From the human T2T-CHM13v2.0 reference genome, Homo sapiens, in the NCBI RefSeq assembly GCF_009914755.1, contig NC_060926.1: a stretch of DNA of 64,000 nucleotides, one strand, 5' to 3'. Below are positions 40,913 to 56,014 of this stretch, in pieces. Position 1 is the stretch's first letter; each line of letters starts with the position of its first letter. The notes under the pieces are model-generated. The model saw nothing but the letters and a program-made list of their open reading frames with translations. It was not told the DNA's origin and did no database searches. The position numbers and the translations under genes were made by a program.

Positions 40913-41226
40913 TTCCTGTGTCCATGTGATCTCATTGTTCAATTCCCACCTATGAGTGAGAATATGCGGTGTTTGGTTTTTTGTTCTTGCGATAGTTTAC
41001 TGAGAATGATGGTTTCCAATTTCATCCATGTCCCTACAAAGGACATGAACTCATCATTTTTTATGGCTGCATAGTATTCCATGGTGTATATGTGCCACAT
41101 TTTCTTAATCCAGTCTATCATTGTTGGACATTTGGGTTGGTTCCAAGTCTTATGTATACATATGTAACTAACCTGCACAATGTGCACATGTACCCTAAAA
41201 CTTAAAGTATAATTAAAAAAAAAAAA
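40913..41226 (+). mobile_element. Young L1 (L1HS pre-Ta/L1PA2-like), severely truncated and 5'-inverted by twin priming
   Basis: TSD AAAACACTCCTACACTC at 40896-40912 and 41227-41243. Inverted piece 40913-41150, then a sense 3' end of about 65 bp and poly(A). Confidence 0.93.
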
Positions 41227-42827
41227 AAAACACTCCTACACTCAGAAGCTTAGTTTGTTTCCTCAGAAGCTTATATGAAATGTCATAAACCCAGTCATGA
41301 ATAAAATTAAAGTTATATTATCAGCCTGAAACTATTTCCATATCTTCCATCACAGAAATTTATGAAAATGTCCTACATTTTGTAATACAAAATATTTTAT
41401 TTAACCCACATATAGACATACCTGAGAAATATCTGTGGTGCAACAGGCAGAGTTGTCTAGAAGTGATGTAAGGAGCTTACTCTGAGTAGCCTGAACCGAG
41501 AGAAGCTGTAAGTGGTATAAAAGACTAGGGACTCGTGGAGAGATATCCTCAGTATCTCTAGGAGCAGGGGAGCTAGACAGCTCAGTTAAAAAGCTAGCAC
41601 TCCAAATCAAAACAGCCTGGCAACAAATAGGTTATAAATTCTCTCACTGACAAGGGTGCTTTCCTGTGGATGTTTCTTATAGATGAAAACCCACAGTGGG
41701 GAGGGGTCCCTCAAGCTGAAATGGGACCTAGCAGTGGCCTGGCTCTCACATGGGTCTCTGTGGAGTAATGAGAGAAGATGGGAACATATGCCTTCACATC
41801 TCTTATGCTGACCCTGGTCTTACGAGTTTTCCTTTTGTTGATAAAGCATATTCTTAACCCATCCCAATGGGACAATGTCATACAATTAGTTATGAACACT
41901 AGTACACCACAGGAGACACCCAGATGGCACTCTTTTGGATGTGATAGTTTTTTTCTCTCTTTTTGAAAAAATCAATAAACTACTTTTAATGAAACAAATT
42001 TGAAATGCCTTCTTAACATTTCCTTATTATATTGCCATGCTTAATTAAAATTGTGTCTTCATTCTTATACTTGTATACTGATCACAGATGCTCAACTAAG
42101 ACACGTATTTTACCAAAATAAGAAAAACATAATAAATAGCTTGTTTCTGGATTATTTCTTCCATAACAAGATTTTCTCTGTCTTTTGTACTTTACTACTT
42201 TTGGTATTCAAAATACTTTATTCTCAAGTTTTACAATTATAGACCTAATAGCAGAATTTAATTTAGTTGAGTTAATTCAGTTTTCATCCCAAACATTGGT
42301 TAATTTAAACATTAATTTTCAAAAATAGCTAGGGAAGCAAATTTGCTTAACAAAATTATACATGGTACTACAAAGTCAGCATACAAGACTTTTGAGCCAT
42401 TCATTACCTTTTATTATCATCTTTATTATCAATACTGGAGGATTAGCTGCATTATGAGCTTACATTATAGTCAGGTATACTTAGAATTTATTAATGTAAT
42501 TTTAGGTTGGTGGAATAGTGCTACAGTCCTGACTCCTGGTTGGGACAAAGCTGTGCTTAGAATCCGCAGTCTCCAAGGTAAACAGCGGCAGAATTCATTG
42601 TCTCACAAGAGATTTGGTGAGTGGCATGGAAGCAACAAGATTGTCACTTATAGCTTATAGTATTGCACAAGATAGTTGGAGAATCAATTTACTCTGATCT
42701 GTATCCTACTATTTCTTTTCTAGGAAGTCTTACCTAGTTCACTCCAGGTTTTTTCTTCCTTTGTGGTCCTACTGATGCTTGCCAATGACTATCTTGTACA
42801 ATACTTTCCAGTCCTGGTTGAAGGCAA

Positions 42828-43710
42828 TGTTATAGGACCACCAGGTTCATATGCCTGCTGTGCAGTAACATACCAACATACCAAGGCAGCAGGGTTTGAA
42901 GCAGAGAAAGAGTTTAATGATCACAGGGCAGCTGAGCAAGGAGATGGGAGGGATTCTTAAATCTATCTCCCTAAAGAGCTCTGGGATAGGGATTTTAAGG
43001 GGATGGTGCAGGGTGACAGCCGGAAAATTGGGGTCATTGATTAGTCAGGGTAAGGAAGATATCATCAGGATGAGGAAACTGCATTCAGCTTCTCATGAGT
43101 TTCTTCAGATCAGTTTATGCCAGCAGTTTTACTGGTATACAGGACCACAAAGAATAGTTAAAATGGAAAACATTTTATAATGTTAAAGTTGTCATTTATA
43201 GAGTAGTTAAAGGGAACTATAATTTTTTTTTTTTTTTTTGGTGACGGAGTATCACTCTGTCTCCCAGGCTGGAGTGCAGTGGTGCGATCTCAGCTCACTG
43301 CAACCTCTGACTCCTGGGTTCAAGTGATTCTCCTGCCTCAGCCTCTTGAGTAGCTGGGATTGCAGGCACACACCACCATGCCCAGCTAATTTTTGTATTT
43401 TTAGTAGAGGTGGGGTTTCACTTGTTGGGCAGGCTGGTCTCGAACTCCTGACCTCGTCATCTGCCCTCCTGGGCCTCCCAAAGTGCTGGGATTACAGGTG
43501 TGAGCCACTGCACCCGGCCAGGGAACTATAATCTTTTAACAGGGTCTGCATGATTCTGGGGCAATAGGTGCCAAACAACTATGAGTAGGCAGGTCAGAGA
43601 GCAAGCTGACCCCGTGATTACTGCTGCATGTGCTTCAGGCTTGGTTTATTTTCATTTCTCCCACTCCCTTCTTCTTGATAAATTTTATGAAGTTTATAAG
43701 GATGGTTTCA
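42828..43710 (-). mobile_element. ERV1 (MER4-group, MER72-like) solo LTR interrupted by an Alu
   Basis: TG...CA termini (minus strand begins TGAAACCATCCTTATAAACTT) and flanks GCAA/ACAA. Subfamily name is uncertain. Confidence 0.7.
43224..43519 (-). mobile_element. AluSg-like
   Basis: TSD AGGGAACTATAAT at 43211-43223 and 43520-43532; the GACCTCGT 2-bp deletion diagnostic is present. Confidence 0.93.
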
Positions 43711-44994
43711 ACAACTTCATTCAGTGTCTGAGGCCAAAGACATGAAATCATGCTCGACTTCTTTTTCTCTCATAGCCTACAGCCACTCTGTCATCAAATC
43801 AAGAATGATGGGCATTAATGATGACAAAAGGGAATTTTAAATAACTAATAACTATTTCTAAATATACTTTAATTTCTAAGTCAGTAATACTTTTACATGT
43901 TTTAAAGATCAAAACTATAAACAAAGCCATAATTTGATAAGTCTCAACTCAACCCCTTCATGTTCCAGTCACCTCTATATATTTTACACTATTTATAAAT
44001 TTATTTGTTTCTTATATATCTTCTAATATTTCTTCATACCATTTATAAGCAAATAAAAAATAGATTCTTAATTGTTCCTTTTTTACATATAGTGTTTTGC
44101 AACATGTTTTTCTCATTAAACAATATATTCTGAATTTCTGTATGTTAGTACATAAAATACCTTAACTGCATAATATATCATGCAGACTATACCACAGTTA
44201 TATTAAACAGTCTGCTATATTGAAGTGCAGTTCCTGTCAAGGCAAAATACCATTCACCCTTTAAGTGACTGATTTTGACTGTCAAGTCAATGAACACGAA
44301 AGCAAAAATCATGGAAATCAGAAACTTACTCATTATCGTACATTTTTTCCTAGGGTTATGTATCGAGTTATATGTAGTTTTTGCATTATTCAAGACTATA
44401 CAAGTAAAATAAGTGTGACAGCTATGCAAAACATGTATTACACTTTCCTGGGAAGGTTTCTGTTCTAAGTAAGGTGACTTTCATTGTGGTGATTATAAAT
44501 TGAACATTGATCTTCTAGTTATTAAAGCTCTTGGCTTTCATATTTTTCCGTCTCAGTTTTAGAAATTTTTGTACCATCTTGGTTACATTGTTTAGGGGAA
44601 ATAGAACGAAGTAAAAATTACTCTATTGACATTTTAACATGCTAACAGTATCCTTAAAATTACTGGGGTTCAATTATACAATTCTATCATTCCAAAACAA
44701 TTGTTTTCAGAAGAGAGTTAAAACTAGCTATACCTTTAAACATGGGAAAATTGATTTTCTGTGTGTTACTTGTCAAAGTTTCAAACTTTCCTTTGGTAGA
44801 AGAGAGACAATTAAGATTTTAGAGTTTTTAAGAAAACACTATTGATTCTTGCTTTTCTTTAATTCTTCAACCACCCTGGCTGAAGCTATTTTGACGAACA
44901 CTGCATTTAACAATGCAGCCCAGAATATACCTGCATTCACATTTCCCCAAAAGACTATTTGATCCACTATAAGAAGTGCAAATGTGAATGTCAT

Positions 44995-45301
<307 letters not shown>

Positions 45302-47445
45302 TCAATAAAGGTTTAAACCAGGATGGTGGTGGACATATGGCACAGCAGTCTCACTAGTACACAGATGTTCCCACTACAAGACAGAAGAAAAGATGCATTT
45401 TTTCGAGCAGGCTCATGGAGCTTCTCCAAGGGAGACAACACACTATGTTGTCTCAAATCACTGGCAGATAGAAGTATGTGGCACACGAGGAGGACATGGC
45501 CCTGACTTCCATGCAGACATGCTCCAGGAATTTTAGAGCTTGAGTTTTTATTACTTTCTTCTACAACTGCAGGCTCGTCATTCCTGCTTTTTGCTGGAAA
45601 AAAAAAAAAGGTAGTGCAAAATTTATGGAGCTTTTCTCCCCTGCATTCATCAGATTCTCCATAATAGATCCTGTTTAAAAGACAGTAGGGGGATGATAAT
45701 AAGATAGTTTATGCTTCTGCTTTTGTAAGAAAAAAATCCAAAATTACCAATTTTTGAAGCTTATTCATCTAACGTAAACCTACTGTGATCAGATAACATT
45801 CCTGAAAGGATTTGAGAGTTGGAAGCACTTCATTTGTATTTTCAATAGGGTTTAAATTATCTTCCCTAATTGGTTCCAGCCTGCCTGTTTCTAAAGCACC
45901 AAGATACAGAGAAAATCTTAATGTTAACCAGAAATTCAGGTCAGAAGAAGCTGAGTTTACTTGTAAGACATATATGGTAATATCATCACTTAGAAATTCT
46001 GAATGCTAACTCCCTCCCTCTTAGCTTTTATAAGGCAAAGCTGTAAGTCAGATTACATCTACGAAAGCTATCAACAGCTTTCCAACTACAGAAGATTGAA
46101 TTTTGTGAGATATCAAATCAGTAAAATTTGAAATATAGCCATATATATAGCAGCAAATTTACATTTACATGCAAAAGCCAAAATAAAATAAATCCAGTTC
46201 TTTAATTTGCCCCTAAATAATATAGGGCACAATACATTTTAATCTGAGTTTTGCTAGAAGAAATTGAAGTATTTAGAAGAAAAGCATGATCTAACATATC
46301 AATTTTTTCAATAAATTCAACTGTTGCAGGAGTGATATTAAACAGCGGTTAGAGACTTAGCACACTATGTACCTAATAGAATAAAATAAACTCATAAATC
46401 AAATCAGAATAAAAAACTCATAAATCAGAGTCAAATCAGAATAATCAGAATAAAAAACTCATAAATCAAAATCCCATAAGAGTCCCAAAGTTATTTTCTA
46501 ATCTTATTTCCTGCAAAGTTGCATCCTATTCTGATTTTGTAAAGAGACATATACTAAGAGGATGAGTGAAGCTGCACTCACTGTACAAAGGGAATTTTTA
46601 TTGAGATGCTGCTTTGTTATGAAATTATTTATTTTTATAAATAAAATTATTATATAAAAATGACTAAATCTGGCAACATTTCTTAAACAAAACTATGTGT
46701 TTAAAAAACATCACAGAAGGAACTGCACTGGAGACACGAGATAATACTTTACTCAGCCCTAGGATTTGCTGATTATAAAATATGTGTAATTGAAAATATC
46801 AATGCTACCTCCCTGAATAACTATACAATTATGACTGAATTGGGAACTTTTATTATTAGCATTGTTTCATTAATTTTTTTATTTAACGATGTTGGTGAAG
46901 ATGATGCTAATGGTGATTGAAAAGTGGAATAATATGTGGTATTCTTTAAGAAATATTAAACACCAAACTTTCTTATTTTGTTAATTGAAAATATTGACCA
47001 AACTACTAAAGATAAATGCCAAAATATCGTAAGTGTTGCCCAAATGGCAGACACAAGGTAGAGCTAACCTTGGGCGCGCTCATCACCTTCTGTTAGCACA
47101 AACAAAATGTTTGAATGTCCACCTTGTGCTAAATGTCCACCTTTGCTAAGGGAGGAAGTAAGTCAAGTAATGTCACTGAGGGCTTTGATATCTGCCTGCT
47201 AGAAATAAAAATATCTGTATGAAGTTTTCAAAAAATAACAAAAAGGTCCATGTGTTAATAGGTCCATGTGTTAACAGTCACTAATATCATTCCAAATCAT
47301 ATTCAATTAAAATTGAGATCTTTTTTAAAACCAAAATACCAGAATTCTTTGCACTTGCAAAACCAAAGTTAATACGGTAACATCTGTAAAGGCAGTAACT
47401 TCAAGATTTCTTTTGATAGTTGAAGACTAGACTTGACGTTTCTTT

Positions 47446-49310
<1,865 letters not shown>

Positions 49311-49945
49311 TGTTTGTATGAGTTATTTATTGAAAATTAGACATTTAGGGGATTATAATTATCTGAACCTTATTTATATCTTAAGGTTCACAGCCAAAGC
49401 CTCCCCTGATAGCATGCCTGTGGGGAAAAGAGAGACACCTTCTCGTTGTTGCCAGGTAAGTGTAGACTCCCAGGTTTTCCTCTTGGCCTTCATTGACACC
49501 TGGGGGTAGAAGAGTCTCTTTGTCACTGCTGGGTGGGGTTGGAAGTTGAGGCTTTCCACTAGGCTTTTGCGGATGCCACCCTGGCTGGGATGGGGAGGGC
49601 CAGCTCATCATTGCTCTCTCATGGTAGTCTCCACTGACACTGCAGGGGGGTGGCCTTGTTACCAAGCTGAGTGTCAGAGGAAGTCTTAACCCCCGACGAG
49701 GCCTCCTCTGACAGTGCAGGGCAGGTGTGTTGTAAGTTCACTGACTGGGGAGGCCTGCTTACCACCTGGTGGGACCAAAAATCCTGGCTTCTTACTTGAT
49801 CTTCTGTGGCCCCACTTTGGTAGGGGATTGAGACACTTCATTATAGACTGGCAAGGGGAGCCTCTTTCCCCTCAGCCTTTGCTGGTGGAGGTGGGGGTGG
49901 GGCCATAGTTCATACTGTTGTATTAGGCAGAGTAGAGCAATCATC

Positions 49946-50766
49946 AAGAATAAAATCATGTCACTTGCAACAACATGGATGGAACTGGAGGTCATTGTGT
50001 TAAGTGAAATAATCCAGACACAAAAAGACAATTAGCCCGTGTACTTACTTATATGTGGGATCTAAGGAAGCTGATCTCATGGACATGGAGAGCAGAATTA
50101 TCATTCTACTCTGGATACCAGAGGCTGGGAAGGATGCAGGTGTGAAGGGGAGGATGAAGAGAGGTTGGCAAATGAGTACTCACATACAGTGAGATAGAAA
50201 AAAATAAGTCCAGGCCAGGCATGTTGGCTCATGCCTGTAATCCCAGCACTTTGGGAGGCCGGGTGGGTGGATCACTTGAGGTCAGGAGTTTGAGACCAGC
50301 CTGGCCAACATGGCGAAACCCCATCTCTACTAAAAATACAAAAAGTAGCCAGGCATGGTGGTGCATGCTTGTAGTCTGAGTTACTCAGGAGGCTGAGGAG
50401 GGAGGATCACTTGAGCCTGGGAGGTCTAGGCTGTAGTTTGTAGTGAGCCAAGAGCACACCACTGCACTCCAGCCTGGGAGACAGGAGTAAAACCCTGTCC
50501 ACTGCCCCCACAAAAAGAAAGAAAAAGAAAAAAAAAAGAAGTCCTAATATTTGATAGTAAAGTAGGGTGACTGTAGTTAACAACAGTGTATCATATATTT
50601 CAAAATAGCTAGAAGAGAGGATGTGAAATATTCTCAATATATTGAAATGATAAATGTTTGATGTGATGGAAATACTAAATGCCCTGCCTTGATCATGGCA
50701 TATTCTATGCATGTAACAAAATATCACTTGTACCCCATAATATGTAAAAACACTATGTATCAATAA
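49946..50766 (+). mobile_element. L1MA-type 3' end, interrupted by an Alu and inserted in older L1-like sequence
   Basis: GCAACAACATGGATGGAACTGGAGG...AAAATAGCTAGAAGAGAGG...TGTACCCCATAA; AATCATC on both flanks. Confidence 0.8.
50213..50533 (+). mobile_element. Alu (AluJb/Sz6-like)
   Basis: Dimer with an A-rich tail; AAGTCC on both flanks. Confidence 0.9.
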
Positions 50767-51055
50767 AATCATCTAAAAGCTTCCTGTCTTTCTAGGCTGC
50801 CCTCTTAGTGGTTTTTTGACTAGTCACAGCTGTCTTTTTCCTTTTTTCTTTTCTTTTCTTTTTTTTTTTTTTTGTCTGAGTCGATTAGAAATTCCTTGTT
50901 GCCAGCTTCTCCAGTACTTACACTGGGGTATCCACGAAATTCACCACCATGTTATTCTTTGAGTTCTGAGGTCCCTAGCCAGTCTGTCTTCTCTTCACCT
51001 GTCAGAACCTATTTATTTTATGGATAACATCTAGGGTTTTTAGCTGTACTTAGCA

Positions 51056-51210
51056 GGATAATGAAAAATTATTTAATGGGTACATGTACATTATTCAGGC
51101 GATGGATACTCTAAAAGCCCTGACATGACCACCATGTAACCTAAACATGTAACAAAATTGCACATACATCCCATAAATATCTACAAATAAAATTTTTTAA
51201 TTTAAAAAAG
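51056..51210 (+). mobile_element. L1PB/L1MA-type 3'-terminal stub
   Basis: AATGGGTACA...TAAAAGCCCTGAC...CATGTAACAAAATTGCAC. Confidence 0.65.
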
Positions 51211-52194
51211 AAAGTATGCCTAGTACATCTTCTCAGAAACTGAGTTTAAAAACATAGTTTTTCTTTTGATCTGCTTATATCTTTTTTTTCACATAATAAT
51301 GCTTTATTTTTATATGGGAATAAGGTCTGCAACTCTCATAAAAATGTCATGTGGAAAATTAAGTAATATATATGAATTACCATAGAAGGAAGTAAAAGTA
51401 TTACCAGGAAGAGCTAAGTGCATTTATATAATATTTAAAAATAACTTCAAGAGAATGAAAGAAGTGATTTTCACCATGACAAGTTGGTCCTTTCAAAATT
51501 ATGTGGTTGATCTTTCAAAATGTAATTATTTGTTCTTACTGAAAGTTATTAGGAATATGTCCAATTATAACTTTTATATGTCAAGCTAGTAATATAAAGA
51601 TTTAAAAGTGAAAGCTCTAAAATTTCATATGCTTTTTCAGTTTTATGTTAATGCATAGCTCTCAAGATTTTTGCCAAGCCTTTTGGCAGATTCCTTTAGA
51701 GAGAGCCTGACAATATCAAGGACTTGGGAAAATGAGATAATTAAGCAGCGACATCATCAATCACAAAGATAGGATTCTGATGCTGTAAAAGTTTTCGTCA
51801 GAGCCTCCTTAACATTTACTATGATAGAAGTTGCTTTCCGGATGTGGCAGTATTTGGGCACTTCAAACAGTGGAAAAGGTCCAACAGAAGAGAGAATGGA
51901 AATGGGCAGGAGGAGGGATGGTTAGTGTAGGCACTAGATTGAAACCTCCTTTGTATGAGTCCTAGATCCTATGGCTGACTCTGAGGCCATAGAGTTTGCC
52001 TAACCTAAGAGCCTTGATTTACTTGTTTTTTAAATGGGATTATTCTAATGCCTAACCTCAAAATTTCCTAAGGTATAAATTAAATAATATATCTGAAGTT
52101 TGTAGTTAATGTGGCATTATTGCCCCTCCTACCAAGGAGGGTCATCACCATTCTTAATGAGAGAAATAAACTAGTATTTGAAAGAAATAAAATA

Positions 52195-52402
52195 AACTAG
52201 TATTTATTTCTTTTATAAAGAATACATTTAGTATTAAATAATGTATTTGTTATTGTTAAATGTATTATTATTTGGTATTATTAGTATTTAGTATTATCAG
52301 CATTAACTGTATTATTTAGTATTATTTAATATGATTAAATGTATTGTTTAGTATTTATTAAATGTATTTAGTATTAATTAAATGTATTAAATATTATTAA
52401 AT
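52195..52402. repeat. AT-rich low-complexity (TATT/AATG) tract
   Basis: Directly visible. Confidence 0.85.
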
Positions 52403-54232
52403 GCCTACTGTGACACTCTAGGTATGCCACTTTTATTGTTGATCTCACTTAATAATGGCAAAAACATCATGCGGTGGATGTTATAACTAAGATAACTAAG
52501 GCTTAGGAAGATAGAACAATTTCCCCTGATTCCCACAATTAATATGCAAAGAAAAAGAAGAAAGGAAGAAAGAAATAAAGGAAGAGAGAGAAAGAGAGAG
52601 AGTCTGTTTATTCTGTCTAACATGTGTCAGGCATGTTGCTAGATACTAGGAATAAAACAGTGAGCAGACATAATTTCCTCCCTCAGGGATTTTAGATTAT
52701 AGTGGAGAAACAGACAAATAGATTACACAATTATATGATAAGGAACTAGGATCAACATCAGCACTAACTAGCATAAGAATATTTAGGTGAGGCACCTAAC
52801 TCAATGGAGAAAGTTATAGGGGCCCTTTGGAAGGGGAGATGTCTAGGTTGGGACCTGAAATGAAGTAGAGATTTTTCATGCTATACTCACTACATCATGC
52901 TGCCTGCTGCATTATTTAGATTTCAGGCTATAGTTGGGATTTGTAATGTAGCTTCTCTGCAGCCCTCACATGCTAAGGGGTGTGACAGAACTTGGTTTGG
53001 GACAATTTGGGACCAGTCAGCATGAAAGTCTTTACAGGGAAGGATGGATGACTGAGAAGGGCCACAACAGGAACAATAATAGGTTAGGTAAACAGGTGGG
53101 CAGTAGGTGGGGATTGAGGAGAAGGCCAGAACCAAATTCAAGCAGGCAGGCAAGATCAGGGACATCTGCTGGGAGGTGGTCATTGTCCAGCCACTAGATA
53201 CGCATTCAAAGGCAGACCCTAATTTCTGGAAAGACTGGACTGAAGAAAGACAGGGCTGCAAATATAGGGTAACAGAGGTGTTAGGCAGGAGTTCCTGCTC
53301 AAGTGGGGATGGGGAAGCAAGGTTTGGACAGTTATATGGAGGATTCAGATAACAATAAATTAAGAGAAAAATCAAACAGCATATGCAATGTAAAAGAAAG
53401 ATAAGGAATTAACTGATGAGTTAAAAAGATTTTTTAAAGGTATTATCAGAGCAAAATCCTGAAGGAAACAAGTTTTAGATGTCATTTGTAAAATTACAGT
53501 CTATGACCCCAAATTAAGTCTTTTTGGCATTTTGTCAGAGATCCCAGTATATGCTTATATATAATTTTCCAGAAGACAAGATCTCTTTGTACTGACTTAT
53601 TCCTGCATCTTGGTCACCTTTGTCCTCTGTAGTTCAGACTTTAAGGTTCAATCATGTATCCTCTGTCACAATACTCAAAATACTCACTTTCTTAACATAA
53701 TTTTATCCTTCTGCAAAACAGTGCAGCCACACTCCAGCTTAGGCACTGGCCCATTCGGGTCCTGATACAGTTTCTAAATAGACAGGAATTATACTTTGGG
53801 GCAAATAGCCCTGATTTAGTGGCCTTAATTCAATAGTCAATTTGGAAAGATTTCCAACTTCTCCAAATCTTTCTTCCTTTAATTCCTGCTTTCTTATTTA
53901 TAATCTGACCTCTTATACTTGTCTGTTTCTGCAAACTTTGCTTGGGTTCAACAATAATACTATCTCCACCACCAGAATTCTGAAAATTATGCATTTTTTC
54001 TTGCCTTTCTTCCTCTTTTTCTGGTTTCTTTATAAGGTAAAACAGATTAACAATTTGGAAAAATAAGAAATGAAAAAGAAGTGGCTATATGTTACCCATA
54101 TTCTCACCATTCAAACACAACTGCTAATTACTTACTGATATCCTTATTCTAGCCTTTCTTTTATGTACAGCTACAAAGGTATGTGTAATTTTATATCTTG
54201 ATTGCATACGAATTTCTAAGTCTTTTGGGGAG

Positions 54233-56014
54233 ATTGCCAAATACAGTTTTATTTTAGATAATGCATTTTCCACTTGTAATACATTAGTCATGAAGTGCAC
54301 TGTATTCTACTCCTTTCCCTGCACACATGTTCAAGTATACAGAATGCCCATTAATTTTCTCCAGCAGCTCAACTTTAAAACTGCCACATAGTTTGCTACA
54401 AATTTGGGTCCCTCAACATTTTACTGTGTGGAACAATGTTACATCTATATTTGAGTTGGCTTAATCAACCTCTTCAATGATGGGCCTTAAGGAAGCACTA
54501 CCAGAGAAAGGAGCTCTTCCACCAGGGAAGCCCTCAGGCATTCCTCCCAGCATGTCCCTGTACCCTAGTATAGCTTGATAATTCCTCCTAGTATGTCCCT
54601 GCACCCTGGTACAGCTTGATAATGATGGACTGCAAACTAGCTCTTTCTGCTGATGTTCAAATTCTTCCTTCATTATAGTCTGATTCTTGTCAAGTCAGTT
54701 GATGATTTTATTACACTTGTCAAGTATCTTCTGTTTATCCTTATTGTTGATCTTGCCTTGAAGTTTCTCAGTTGCTTTCATGTTGAATGCATAAGAGTCA
54801 AGTGAATTCTTTGATGCCACCTTGTTCTTCTGCTTCTCATCTTCAGCTTTGTACTCAGCTTCCTGGACCATATTCTCAATGTCTTCCTTGCTCAAATGCC
54901 CCTGGTCATTAGTGATGATAATTTTGTTCTCTTTTTCTGTACTCTTACCTACAGCAGAGATATTGAGGCTGCTATTGACATCAATATCACAAGTGACTTT
55001 AATTTGAGGAACAGCAAAGGGAGCAGGAAGTATGCCTGTGAGCTCAAACTTGCCCTGGATAACAAGCAAATTGTTATCCTTGGTTATGGCACTCTCACCT
55101 TCATAAACTTGAATGAGGACATCAGGTTGGTTGTCAGGGTAGGTAGTGAAGGTCTGGGTCTGCTTGGTAAGAAAAGTGTGTTGCATTTCATGGGAACAGT
55201 CATGACTCCACAGCAGCATCATTACCAAAGAGAAGAGAAGTGAATCCAAAAGTAGCAAATCTTGAACAGTTTAAGATCTGTCTTAAGATAGGATGGCTGC
55301 CTGGACTGCTGCACCATAAGCAACAGCTTTATCAGGGTCAATGCTCTTGCTCAGTTATTTTCCACTAAATAATTATTGAGGGAGCTTTTGGATCTAGGAG
55401 ATAGAGATAGAACCACCTACCAGGACAATAACATGGATCTGCAACTTGTCTAGTTTGGTGTCCTGAAGGGCTATCTCTATGGGGTCCTGGGTGCCACGGA
55501 ACAGGACAGCATTCAGTTCTTCAAATTGGGCATGGGTAATGGAGGTATAAATATCTGCTCCTTCACAGAGAGAATTAATCTCACTACTGGCCTGGGTGCT
55601 GGAAGGGAGAGTGCAATTAGCCCATCACAAGCAGTACAGAAGCGTCAGACAGCCCTGTTGTTCTCACTACTGTCCTTATGCTTGTATTTGAACTCAGCAA
55701 TAAAATGGTTGATCATTTGGTTGTCAAAATCTTCTTCACCTAAGTGGGTGTCTCCAGCTGTAGATTTGATCTCAAAGATTTCATCCTCAAGAGTAAGGAC
55801 AGACACATCAAAAATTTCATCTCTTAAGTCATAGATGAGCACATGTCTTTCAGCTCCAAACTTTTTGTCTGTGCCATAAGCAATAGAAGCAGCAGTTGGC
55901 TCATTGATAATTCTAACTACATTGAGACCAGCAATGGTTCCAGGATCTTTGGTAACCTGACATTAGAGTCATTAGGCCCTATGACCATAACATTGGAAAT
56001 AGTCTTCCCAAGGT
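54233..56014 (-). pseudogene. HSPA8P: Processed pseudogene of HSPA8 (HSC70), 5'-truncated at about codon 134, with 3' UTR
   Basis: Intronless, with [33 protein letters not shown] and C-terminal IEEVD-stop (54461-54463). The HSPA8-type 3' UTR has AATAAA near 54250. Many stops and frameshifts. The specific locus number was not determined. Confidence 0.93.

Noticed and set aside
50213-50533. Alu with S-like left arm and J-like right arm as an Alu-Alu recombination product
   Set aside because: The flanks match and the host L1MA is continuous across it, so it is a single transitional-subfamily insertion.
52923-53375. 150-aa minus-strand ORF
   Set aside because: No recognisable homology; it lies next to degenerate L2-like sequence.
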